From Octopus sinensis (lineage: Eukaryota): a stretch of DNA of 64,000 nucleotides. The notes below the pieces were generated by a model, which was not told where the DNA came from, did no database searches, and was given only the letters and a program-made list of their open reading frames with translations. Made by a program: the position numbers and the translations under genes. Positions 1 through 10,690 of the stretch are shown in pieces (within the stretch, counting starts at the first letter, position 1; every line of letters starts with the position of its first letter). The stretch covers positions 15,500,001-15,564,000 of the forward strand of contig NC_043016.1 in NCBI RefSeq assembly GCF_006345805.1, in the 5' to 3' direction.

Positions 1-540
1 AGTAGAGGCCCGATTATATCTATATGGTTGTGTTGAAAACGTGAGTCCGGTGTTGTGAAAGTGCCGAGAGGCGATTTTACATGTCGCTGTATTTTTGCCT
101 TTTGGCAGGCAGCGCAACTCTTAGCCCAAGCGCGGATGTCCTTGTTAATGTTCGTCCACACAAAACGAGTTGTTATCATCTTCTGTGTGGAACGAATGCC
201 GGGATGTGATAGACGGTGAAGGGCAGTGAAAATACGTCGTCGGTGTTGTTCGTGGACGCAAGGACGTTCGTGGCCAGTGGAGGTATCGCACCATATGTGA
301 CAGGTAGAAGATAATGGGAGCAGATGGAACTTGAGGGACGACGAATTCCGTAGCCTATTAAAAGCTCTCCGTCGTTTTCCTGATCCGCCGTGATCAGCTG
401 AAGATCGATAGTCTCTGGAGCGTGCAGAGCGTTAAGATGGACGCGTGAAAGCGCGTCGGTTGCAGTGTTGTCGGAGCCTTTGATATGCCGAATATCTGTG
501 GAATATTGGGCGATGAAGTCGGGGTGACGGACTTCTCTGG
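1..540 (-). mobile_element. Ty3/Gypsy LTR-retrotransposon pol fragment (RNase H end to integrase zinc-binding region), frameshifted
   Basis: ORF 176-559 has FIAQYSTDIRHIKGSDNTATDALSR (RNase H C-terminal motif). Another frame continues as LHGLSHPGIRSTQKMITTRFVWTNINKDIRAWAKSCAACQKAK (integrase HHCC). Confidence 0.9.
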
Positions 541-705
<165 letters not shown>

Positions 706-959
706 ATATATGACTGATTATGGTATATAATTGGTCAGAGTGTTACTGTCTGTCACGCCAACTATTGCACAAGGCAACATTGACGACTCTCAAATATGTT
801 AACCAGAAGCGCATAACCTTTATCAGGCGAGAGGTATATATAGACTCTGGGTTGCCTAGTATTGGTAAAAGGAAATCGAACGAAACAATGAGAAAAAATA
901 ACATTTTCAAGGAGGTAGAGTTATTTTCTATGGATTGATGCTTGCCTGATATTTGCGTA

Positions 960-1570
960 TGTAAGCATATTTGATGTTCCTTAGTTCAAAAATGGATACG
1001 ACCAAGTGCGAAAATAAATTTCATACTCATGGAGGCATTATCAAATTATTTCACTTTTATAGTTCGGAAAAGCAACCAGATCGTGTAAATTTGCAATGTT
1101 TACTTCTGTTTAAATATGGCCCAGACCGTCCCAGGATCTTTCAATTCATTTTGTACAACGTTGCTCCCTCTTTTGATTACCATATATAGCTGGGTAACGC
1201 TGTAACATTTATGCCCCTCTTGGGTTATCAAAATGGATTTGTGATTATGTAGTCTGGCCTTAAAAAGGAACTCTTTATCCTAACTTATTTCTGTATATGT
1301 GTCACTCTGTTGTTATTGGATGACATTGTCTCTGCTTTGTAAATCGCGGCTTTTGTGTTGCATGTACATTCATTGGGCACTTATTGTATATCCTACATGA
1401 GCATCTTGCACTTGCCCGAGGCCTTGAGGTACTCATTAATATATTTTAATACAAGGTGCACAGCTAAACATGACCGTTAAGTCATACCGATTGAATATTT
1501 TCCTATACCTATGATCCTGTGTAAAATGCTTATCCACTAATCTAAGGAAGTTCCTTCCCATGTATGTTTT
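960..1570 (-). mobile_element. Degenerate Penelope-like element, linker/GIY-YIG region
   Basis: The minus strand reads GRNFLRLVDKHF ... IYKAET, typical of the PLE RT-to-GIY-YIG linker; interrupted by stops. Confidence 0.55.
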
Positions 1571-2229
1571 TGCATTGGGAAAAAAGGGAGGGGGAGAAAG
1601 CCAGATGACTTTTCTGCAACGCTTTCTCTTTTGAGTTGAAGCGAAGGGTTCACGACTTTAATGAGTCGGTTGCTGTGTCTGTCCGTTCAATAGTAATTGG
1701 TATACGGAGACAGACAGACAAAACTCAACTCGTGCAATAGAAAAGCTTATTAAAAGCAGTGGATTACGTACAATGTAAGATGCCTTTTATAACATTTCTG
1801 TAAAGAAGTAAGTTGTGTTTTATAGAGATGTCTATAGTGTGATAGTGGTAAATGAATGCGTGAAGACATTAGATGCACTTTGTGTAAACAGAAAGAGACT
1901 TAACAGAAATTTTTCTAGAAAACATGGGTGGTGACGACATTGAGTTTGGTCGGTACTGCCAGCGCACGTGGACGAAGAGTGGTTCTTGTGTGGGAGACGC
2001 CAGCGCAAACGCGATAGAACCAAACTACAAGCTAGGAGTCATTAGAGAAACTAAGAGAAGGAACTCAATTAAACATGGCCGCAGCCACATTATATAAGAG
2101 ACAATCGGGCGTAGTAAAGGGAGTCTGTTTATTCGGCCAATCATAGATCGGATAGAGCTGTAAACTTACCGTGTCGTTTGAGCCGACTTGAGATTCAAAA
2201 TGTATGTGTTAAACTAATGCTAGTACAGA

Positions 2230-2490
2230 CATGCTACAGGGTGATAGGACTGGGTATCAAAGTATTGCAGTCTTTAAACTTACTGGTTACCAGGACCTTA
2301 TTATAGGAAGTTGCCGCATCAAAAACATCTTTATTTGAAGGAAGGTTCGAAGTCTTCTTACTGACACTCTTTACAAAGTTTTTAAACATTATAGGTGGCT
2401 GGCAGGAGGTTGCGTTGATGTACAACAACCTTACAATCGGTTTGCAGAAGGGCCCGTGTGAACTTTTGCCTAAATTAACCATTATGTCGA
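2230..2490 (-). mobile_element. Penelope-like element RT thumb fragment
   Basis: ORF 2234-2482: YINATSCQPPIMFKNFVKSVSKKTSNLPSNKDVFDAATSYNKVL resembles the PLE Y..S.HP...K.I...I..R.S..SS...F motif. Confidence 0.6.
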
Positions 2491-3055
2491 TTTAGACTCA
2501 ATGTTACAATGTTAGCCAATGATTATAAGAGGAAGCAAACGCCACTCAAAATCAGCTGTTACTGGGATGGCCTAGGTCATGTCTAAACGGAAGCAGGCAT
2601 TGCAAACTTTACCTAGCAGTGAAGTGAAGCATTCTAAAAATTCATTCAATCCAAGTGTTTTCTGAATTAAAACAGTGAGATATTCGGATGCCACCCGTAT
2701 GTACACATACTAAGAGAATAGCATCAATCCATGGGAAATAACTCTTCTTTTCCTCTCGGGAAATATTTTTTCTATGAGTTTCATTCCAACCTCGAACCAT
2801 CCAGTGTCTGTATAACCCTCAGGCCTAAAAAAGGTCATGCTGTTCTAGCCAGCATCTCTGAAGAGTAGTCAGTATTTCCTAATGCAATAGCCGGCGTGAA
2901 ACCGACAATAACATTTTTGATTAATTTTATGCCATAACCAGTGATATACTGATTGACTACAGATATGCATGCGTGCATGCATATGTGTGTGTTTGTGTAT
3001 ATGTGTGTGCGTGCGTGCGCGCGCGTGCGTATTTATGTATGTATTATGTGTACAG

Positions 3056-3225
3056 GCGTAGGCGTGGCTGTGTGGTAAGTAGCTTGCTTATGAACCACAT
3101 GGTTCTGGGTTCAGTCCCACTGCATGGCATCTTCGGCAAGTGTCTTCTACTATAGCCTCGGGCTGACTAAAGCCTTGTGAATGCATTTGGTAGACGGAAA
3201 CTGAAAGAAGCCCGTCATATGTGTG

Positions 3226-3280
<55 letters not shown>

Positions 3281-3449
3281 AAGTGTATGTATGTATATGT
3301 TTGTGGCCCCACCATCGCTTGACAACCGATGTAGGTGTGTTTACGTCCTCGTAATGTAGCGGTTCGGCAAATGCGGCCGATAGAATAATTTGGCGGTGCT
3401 CCAGCATGGCCGCAGTCAAATGACATACAAATAAAAGAGTAAAAGAGTA
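3056..3449 (+). mobile_element. tRNA-derived SINE, family A (internal TA/TG microsatellite, AAAAGAGT tail)
   Basis: Pol III A-box TGGCTGTGTGG and B-box GGTTCAGTCCC; near-identical copies at 26800, 35404, 53059, 56479 and 58280. Confidence 0.9.
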
Positions 3450-3454
3450 CCTAT

Positions 3455-3775
3455 GTATGTTTGAGTGTGTACACGTGTAGTATATGTAATATGTGTGTGT
3501 ATGCGTCTGTGTGTCTGTTACGTATGTACGTATGTATGCATGTGTGTGTATGTATGTATGTATGTGTGTGTCTGTATGTGTGTGTGTATGTGTGTATGTA
3601 TGTATGTATGTGTGTATGTGTATGTATGTATGTGCGTATGTATGTATGTATGTGTGTATGTATGTATGTATGTATGTATGTGTGTATGCATGTATGTATG
3701 TGTGTATGTATGTATGTATGTATGTATGTATGTATGTATGTATGTATGTATGTATGTGTGTATGTATGTATGCAC
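3455..3775. repeat. (TATG)n/(TG)n microsatellite
   Basis: Tandem TATG; source of the spurious HTYI/MYVC ORFs. Confidence 0.97.
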
Positions 3776-3899
3776 GTGTCTCTATTTTAGCTAAAACCAT
3801 TCTTAATTAACGATATTTCAGATCGATTATCTTTAACTCTCCCAGCCAGGATACAAAAATACTAAAACACACAGCGAAAAAAAAAAAAGGTGGGTGAAC

Positions 3900-3956
3900 A
3901 TGCGCACGGCAGCACGCTATCATCACATTTGTTTATCGGTTCGGGGAGCTTGGTAG
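3900..3956 (+). other. Candidate uORF (MRTAARYHHICLSVRGAW*), in frame with the SLC7 start codon
   Basis: ATG at 3900 with A at -3, TAG at 3954-3956, main ATG at 3966 (66 nt downstream, same frame). A candidate acceptor TTTCAG ending at 3821 would place it in the 5' UTR. Confidence 0.45.
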
Positions 3957-3965
3957 CTGACGAAA

Positions 3966-4392
3966 ATGGCTCGAGATGCTAAAGTTGAGCTTAAAAAGCA
4001 AGTGACTTTACTGCAAGGAGTAGGTATAATCGTGGGTATTATAATAGGATCGGGAATATTTGTATCTCCCGTAGGCATTTTACAAAATGTGAAATCAGTT
4101 GGTCTTAGTCTTTTAATGTGGGCAATATGCGGACTGTACAACATGCTTTGTGCCCTGTGCTATGCAGAGTTAGGAGCTTCTATACCCGAATCCGGAGGCG
4201 AATACATCTATATTAAAAGAGCCTTCGGAGATTTTGCGGGATTCGTATGTCTTTGGATAAATTTTCTGCTAGTGTGTCCCGTTGGTATTGCTGCTGCTTC
4301 CCTAATATTTACAACATACTTGCTCAAACCAATTTTCTCCGATTGTGATATTCCAGAGAGTGGACTCCGATTGATATCAGCATTAGTTGTCA
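3966..4392 (+). CDS. SLC7 light-chain (L-type/heteromeric) amino-acid transporter, coding exon 1 (TM1-TM3/4)
   Basis: LKKQVTLLQGVGIIVGIIIGSGIFVSP, ALCYAELGASIPESGGEYIYI and KPIFSDC (conserved Cys for the heavy-chain disulfide). Kozak-like AAAATGG; donor GTAAGT at 4393 (phase 1). The ORF beyond 4392 is intronic. Confidence 0.97.
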
Positions 4393-4668
4393 GTAAGTAT
4401 TGTCTTATTCAAAGCTATCAGTTCAATACTTCGTCTTGTTTTTATTTTGAATTGCCAACTCCGTATCCTTCTAAATGTGTTTCCCGATTTATGTTGCTCG
4501 TCTCTACTTTTTGTTTTATGCAAGTTATATATTTTGATTTTCGGTATTTATTCTTAATTTGTTTATATTATTCTATGGTTGTATTTAATCCTAAAATGTA
4601 ATTAAATGAACCTTATTTGCCCACGTATTAAACTAATAAATGTATATTATGTATGTATGAAAGTCTGT

Positions 4669-4701
4669 CATGATGCGACCTTTCGGTGTTGTTGCATCAT
4701 G
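4669..4701. promoter_or_regulatory. Paired inverted C/EBP-ATF (AARE/CARE)-like motifs in intron 1
   Basis: TGATGCGAC (4671-4679) and GTTGCATCA (4691-4699, = TGATGCAAC on minus), opposite orientation, 11 bp apart. Confidence 0.35.
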
Positions 4702-6410
4702 CTATATGGAAAAACTGTTTGTATTACAGCCAGTACTTCAATAACGGTAAGTTCAGCACTTAGATACGAGATACGAAAATTCCTTGCCGATAATAAATTG
4801 GGATATTGAACAAATATTGAGTCATACCAAAACATGTCATATAAATATAAGTGTGACCGTCAAATTTTGTCTTTTATTGTCGATTCTATTCCAAAATAAA
4901 ACTTTGTCTATTTTAGGCATTTAGCATAAATTGCAGTTAAGTATTTTTGAAAGAAAATAAAGAAAGAAAAAGGAATAAGCGGGAAGGAAAATTATAAAAG
5001 TTGAGTAAATAACTTTGTAGCAGCTGTTGGGGGGAAAATATTTCACTTTGTGGTTTCTTTTTTCCTTTTGTGCGTGTGTGTGTGTAATAGTAGTAGTTAG
5101 TAGTAACAAACGAATTTACCAGCCTGGGTGCTTTGGTATTTTCATTCTATTTTGCTTGACAAAAAAGCAAAAACCACGTTGTTCGTGTCGCTAGGAACAG
5201 GATTCAAATTTCCCGTCCCACTGTCAGGCAGAAGGAGAGATACGTTCAACACTGTAGGGCAAAATGTAAATAAAAAGAAAATTAAATGTTTTAGGCACAG
5301 AAGTCTATCACAGAAGAAAACAACATAATGTTATGGTAGCAATTAAGAAAGTATTCAGTCTACAGGCTTCTATTTTTACTAGTTTACTTATTTGATGTCC
5401 AGTTTGTCTCTTGTTTTCATTTATTCCTTAATTAGTTTATTGTATTCGTTGGGTTTTGTTTTGGAGGGTGAGATATAATTAAATAAAAACTTTGAAACGT
5501 GTGTTTGGATATTTTTACTTATCGAAAAAGAAAGGACAGAAAATATGAACACCGAGTGCGTTGTGTTTATTTCTTACTACAACAATAATCCTTTTAACTG
5601 GAAACACCCTTCGTGTCAGCTTTGTTTTAATCTCTTGTTTAACTTATTTAGAGTTATAAAAACCTTATATCTTTATTATATCGAGTCCTTATGTCTATCT
5701 TTGTTCTCTGCAGCAGTGCGTGTATTTAATCTCCGCTCATAGCAGCTAAAACACGTGTACCCGTATTTTACAAAAGTCCTTCTGTTTATTTATTTATTTA
5801 TTTATTTGTATTTGCCTCATAATACTTAATGAAACAATTTTCTAAATTTGATAAAGGTCCTTACCTAAATCATCCTATCTTTCCTTTTTCGCATAGCAAA
5901 GAAATGTCTAAAAAAAATTGTCAGCCCGCCACGTGGTCCCAACGAACAAAATGGGGTACTTGTCTATTGTCGTGGTCCCGGTTTCGCACACGCGAATTCG
6001 CGCGCGCGCGCCAGACGTAGGTACTCGATACTCGAGATCCTAGGAGGTGACTTGCGCATGCGCAGTGCAGAATTCGCGCATGCGCGTTAAACCCCCCCCT
6101 AAAAAAAAGGTGTTGGATTTCACTAAAAATATATATGTGTGTGTGTGTGTGTGTATATATAACATTTTCAATTTTACACAAAAAAATTACATAGTCGCTT
6201 TCCTCGCGGATTTACAGATAAATGAATTAATTACTATTTTACAGAATAAAATTAATGAATTAATTATATAAATTAAATAATTCTTGAAAATTAATTAATA
6301 TTAATAATATTTTTTGAACAAAGTAAATAATTTATAAAACTTGGTTAATAATTTTTTTTACACAAACGCGAACGTATATAATTTGGTAAACTTAATGAAT
6401 TAATTTCTTC

Positions 6411-6795
6411 TCATCATCATCATCGTTTAACGTCCGTTCTCCATGCCAGCATGGGTTGGACGGTTCGACCGGGGATCTGGGAAGCCAGAAGGCTGCACCA
6501 GACTCCAGTCTTATCTGGCAATGTTTCTACAGCTGGATGCCCTTCCTAACGCCAACCACTCCGAGAGTGTAGTGGGTGCTTTTTACATGCCACCCGCACA
6601 GGTGCCAGTCGAGGCGGCTCTGACATCGGCCACGATTCGGATAGTGCTTTTTACGTACCACCAGTCCAGGGGTCCTGGCATTTGCCGGGTGTCACACTTG
6701 CCCCAACATGTCTTCGCAAGCAAAGGGGGTTGGCATGGGTGCCTGTCGTGGGATGAGGTTCGATATCAACTTCGCTTGCCTCAACAGGTCTTTGT
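6411..6795 (-). mobile_element. RTE-type retroelement 3' end ((GAT)n tail) inside the left arm
   Basis: Same tail as 16500, 18595, 29345, 42342 and 57255; mirrored at 7840-8222. Confidence 0.85.
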
Positions 6796-7839
6796 GTATA
6801 AATGTATAAATTTTTCGCACTAAATTCTTTCCGTAGAATTTATCAAAAAACGCGCAAAATATTCCGTAGAATTTATCAAATTAAAAAACGCAAAATTAAT
6901 ATATTTTTTGAAATTGCAAATTATTTAGAATATAAAACAAATGAAGTTAAATTTTTAAAATAAATGTCATATACTTATACTCTGTAAGGTGCTGTGTTCA
7001 CACTTCAATTTACTATTTTCTAGAAATGTTGCTTTTCTAATTGAAACAATTTTTCTCAATCTCCATTTAAAAGTCCATCATGTCTCTTGAGACATATCAA
7101 AATGAACAACTTTGAATTACGCGGCGGCGGTGGTGGTGTGAGGTTCTAATTTTTTTTTCTGATCTCTCTTTGCCCCCCTAGATGGAGGTGTGGTGGGGAG
7201 ACAGATGAAAGATGTTTCATTCTCTACTATGTATGTATATATATATATATCTATATATATATATATATTTCTTAAACCTACACGATATAGTCTATAAATT
7301 TGGGATGTTTTTGAAAGATAATATATTTTGTCATCAGAATATATATACTTTCTCACACTACAATTAAGATATATTTATTTTAAATCGTTCATCTTTTCCC
7401 GCGACAACAAAAATTGGGCGCGAAAATTTTTCTAAATATTAGCGGAATGAACAACTGAGATAAAGAGAGATCAGAAAAAAAAATTAGAACCTCACACCAC
7501 CACCGCCGCCGCGTAATTCAAAGTTGTTCATTTTGATATGTCTCAAGAGACATGATGGACTTTTAAATGGAGATTGAGAAAAATTGTTTCAATTAGAAAA
7601 GCAACATTTCTAGAAAATAGTAAATTGAAGTGTGAACACAGCACCTTACAGAGTATAAGTATATGACATTTATTTTAAAAATTTAACTTCATTTGTTTTA
7701 TATTCTAAATAATTTGCAATTTCAAAAAATATATTAATTTTGCGTTTTTTAATTTGATAAATTCTACGGAATAATTTTGCGCGTTTTTTGATAAATTCTA
7801 CGGAAAGAATTTAGTGCGAAAAATTTATACATTTATACA

Positions 7840-8222
7840 CAAAGACCTGTTGAGGCAAGCGAAGTTGATATCGAACCTCATCCCACGACAGGCACCCATG
7901 CCAACCCCCTTTGCTTGCGAAGACATGTTGGGGCAAGTGTGACACCCGGCAAATGCCAGGACCCCTGGACTGGTGGTACGTAAAAAGCACTATCCGAATC
8001 GTGGCCGATGCCAGAGCCGCCTCGACTGGCACCTGTGCGGGTGGCATGTAAAAAGCACCCACTACACTCTCGGAGTGGTTGGCGTTAGGAAGGGCATCCA
8101 GCTGTAGAAACATTGCCAGATAAGACTGGAGTCTGGTGCAGCCTTCTGGCTTCCCAGATCCCCGGTCGAACCGTCCAACCCATGCTGGCATGGAGAACGG
8201 ACGTTAAACGATGATGATGATG
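7840..8222 (+). mobile_element. RTE-type retroelement 3' end inside the right arm (mirror of 6411-6795)
   Basis: Reverse complement of the left copy; the mirrored ORFs 6443-6823 and 7811-8191 differ by one residue. Confidence 0.85.
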
Positions 8223-8682
8223 AGAAGAAATTAATTCATTAAGTTTACCAAATTATATACGTTCGCGTTTGTGTAAAAAAAATTATTAACCAAGTTTTAT
8301 AAATTATTTACTTTGTTCAAAAAATATTATTAATATTAATTAATTTTCAAGAATTATTTAATTTATATAATTAATTCATTAATTTTATTCTGTAAAATAG
8401 TAATTAATTCATTTATCTGTAAATCCGCGAGGAAAGCGACTATGTAATTTTTTTGTGTAAAATTGAAAATGTTATATATACACACACACACACACACACA
8501 TATATATTTTTAGTGAAATCCAACACCTTTTTTTGGGGGGGGGGTTAACGCGCATGCGCGAATTCGCGTGTGCGAAACCGGGACCACGACAATAGACAAG
8601 TACCCAAAATGGAAAAGGCATCGTCCCGGAGCATAACGAATGAGATTTATACGATTTACCCATACATATGCATATAAAAAGC

Positions 8683-8804
8683 GGCGGAGGTAAAGAATAC
8701 GCACACCATCCGTTTTCGGCGTAACCAAAGCCCTAATCTTAACCCTAAACCCTTATCCTGACCGTAACCCTAAACACCGGGTGTACGTATTCTTTACTTT
8801 CGCT
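8683..8804. mobile_element. Small MITE with ~25-bp imperfect TIRs and internal AACCCT-like repeats
   Basis: GGCGGAGGTAAAGAATACGCACACC ... GGTGTACGTATTCTTTACTTTCGCT; internal CCCTAA variants; flanks TAAAAAGC/ATAAAAGC are a near-TSD. Confidence 0.6.
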
Positions 8805-10403
8805 ATAAAAGCTGTTGTCGCACAATGAAACTATGATAAACTAAGAATAAGAAAGTGACTGCAGATTCTCCCTTAATACACTATTCATTCCTTCAGATGA
8901 TATAAAGGCTCCCTCACATATTTCTTTGCATTATCGTATTGTTTCTAATTTCGGCGCCAAGTCAGCAAAGGTATTTTTACCGGTGCCTAATGATTCGGCC
9001 AATTCAATATGCAAAAAAATTCTAATGTTTATTCTATTGAGTTGTCAGATTAATTCATATCTTTTCCCCCCATTTATTTTAATACTTATTTTTCGATAGT
9101 TTTTTAGCCAGTGATATACCCTCCTTCAGTCTTCACAATTCCTTGTCAACGCCCCACTAGCTTGTTTTTGCTTCATAGAATTCATCGGTTTTGCTTCGTA
9201 GAATTCATCGAAACATTTTAACAGCTTGCAGATTATGAGAGAGACACTGAGAAAAAGTGATAATGTAAAGGCGGCATATAATGAAAATTCGGTGGATGCT
9301 GTAGAATTTCCCAACCGAGCTTCTGGGCAGTATTTTTTGACCATTTAGCGATGAAGGGGTTGCGATTTGTCTTTTTCGTGGTACCTATGCACTAAGATTT
9401 CGGTTCTTACTGCTCTGTGACTCCTATGTGTAACTGAAACCCCGATAACCCCTTTCAGTTATAATGCCCTCTTTGTACACGACACAGATATCACGAGTGG
9501 CTTTGGTGATTTTGGAACCTCGACTGCAAACGCAGAGATGCAGGTGTTGGAAAGATTCTTTTTATTTTCCTACTTGGCATTCCATCATCATTGTCTCAAA
9601 AGATATTAAAGGAATTCAAATTTCAAAGACGATAAGCAAAAGTTGTAGGGGAAAAAATAGAGTTACAAAAAAAAAGAAAGAAACCAAGCACAACAATAAA
9701 AATATTTTTCATGTTAATTCAAATAACATTTGGAAGAAATGAATGAATTTATTTGGCAACCCAGTGTATTACCTGAAGAGCCAGATTTGGTCTGGATCTC
9801 TCTGAGTAAGGTGTGATACAACAATAGGGTAGCCAACCCCATTCAGAAATAATGAAGATTGACATCGCTTCATTGCTGTGTCACTACAGTACCTTTTCCA
9901 GGGAACACCTGGCCAAATTTGATGCCTGCTCTCGCAGACGAAACGGTTCCCTTGGTCAGATGGTCTGTGTTTTGCCATAGTGAATGGGTGTGATTGACAT
10001 TTGTCACTTAATGTATTCTTTACAATGTCGTTATTATGGACCCCATCCGAGATGCAAGACAACATTCAAGTCCACAAAATTTTGGTTGGAGCAGTTGTTT
10101 GTAAAGAATTGTTGTACAGACCTCTTTGCTTTCGCAACAAAGTCCATGTAGTTCCCCTGCAGCAAAGTAGGCAGTGACTCAGGGTAGGATTTTTCATCTG
10201 CTCCACAAAGCAATCTACTTCTTTCACCTGAAATGAAATGTGAGAGTGGAGTGAGAGAGAGTTGCTGCTCTCCTGTAAATTTTATGAAGTGAATGAAAGT
10301 AGTTTCAAAGAGAACTAACCCTCCAGTTTCAGGTGTTTAGAACTGAGACATTTTTCTGTGATAATTATGATTATGGTTACATGTGTGTGTGTGTATATAT
10401 ATA

Positions 10404-10690
10404 TGGCATGTCAATGCCAGTGCCACCTGACTGGTTCCGTACCGGTGGCATGTGAAAACCACCATTCAAGCATGGCCAATACCAGTACCACCTGACTGGC
10501 CCTCATACCAATGGCATATCAAAAGCACACACTACACTCTTGGAGTGGTTGGTGTTAGAAAGGGCATCCGGCTGTAGAAACCTTGCCAGATGAGATGGAG
10601 CCTAGTGCAGCCTTCTGGCTTGCCAGTCCTCAGTCAAACCATCCAACCCATGCCAGCATGGAAAGCGGATGTTATATGACGATGATGATA
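10404..10690 (+). mobile_element. RTE-type 3' end fragment
   Basis: ...AGGGCATCCGGCTGTAGAAA...CCCATGCCAGCATGGAAAGCGG...(GAT)n. Confidence 0.85.

Larger units (their letters stand above)
5955..8604. mobile_element. Foldback-type non-autonomous DNA transposon with ~1.15-kb inverted arms (Merlin- or MULE-like)
   Basis: Arms 5955-7171 and 7462-8604 are near-identical reverse complements; termini GGTAC...GTACC; perfect 8-bp TSD CAAAATGG at 5947-5954 and 8605-8612; 290-bp spacer. Confidence 0.92.

Noticed and set aside
1800-2200. CpG-richer stretch with CCAAT boxes and GTAAGT motifs as a possible SLC7 promoter or non-coding first exon
   Set aside because: Lies between Penelope fragments; the motifs are too short to support without transcript data.
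4393-4601. C-terminal 69 aa of the 211-aa ORF 3966-4601
   Set aside because: Read-through into intron 1; SLC7 similarity stops at the GTAAGT donor at 4393 and resumes at 43266.
5994-6080. Cluster of restriction-site palindromes resembling a cloning polylinker
   Set aside because: It is continuous with the transposon TIR, partly mirrored in the other arm, and has no vector sequence next to it.
6443-6823. Duplicated 126-aa ORF (also 7811-8191) suggesting a gene pair
   Set aside because: Antisense reading of an RTE 3' UTR, duplicated only because it lies in both arms of the foldback element.
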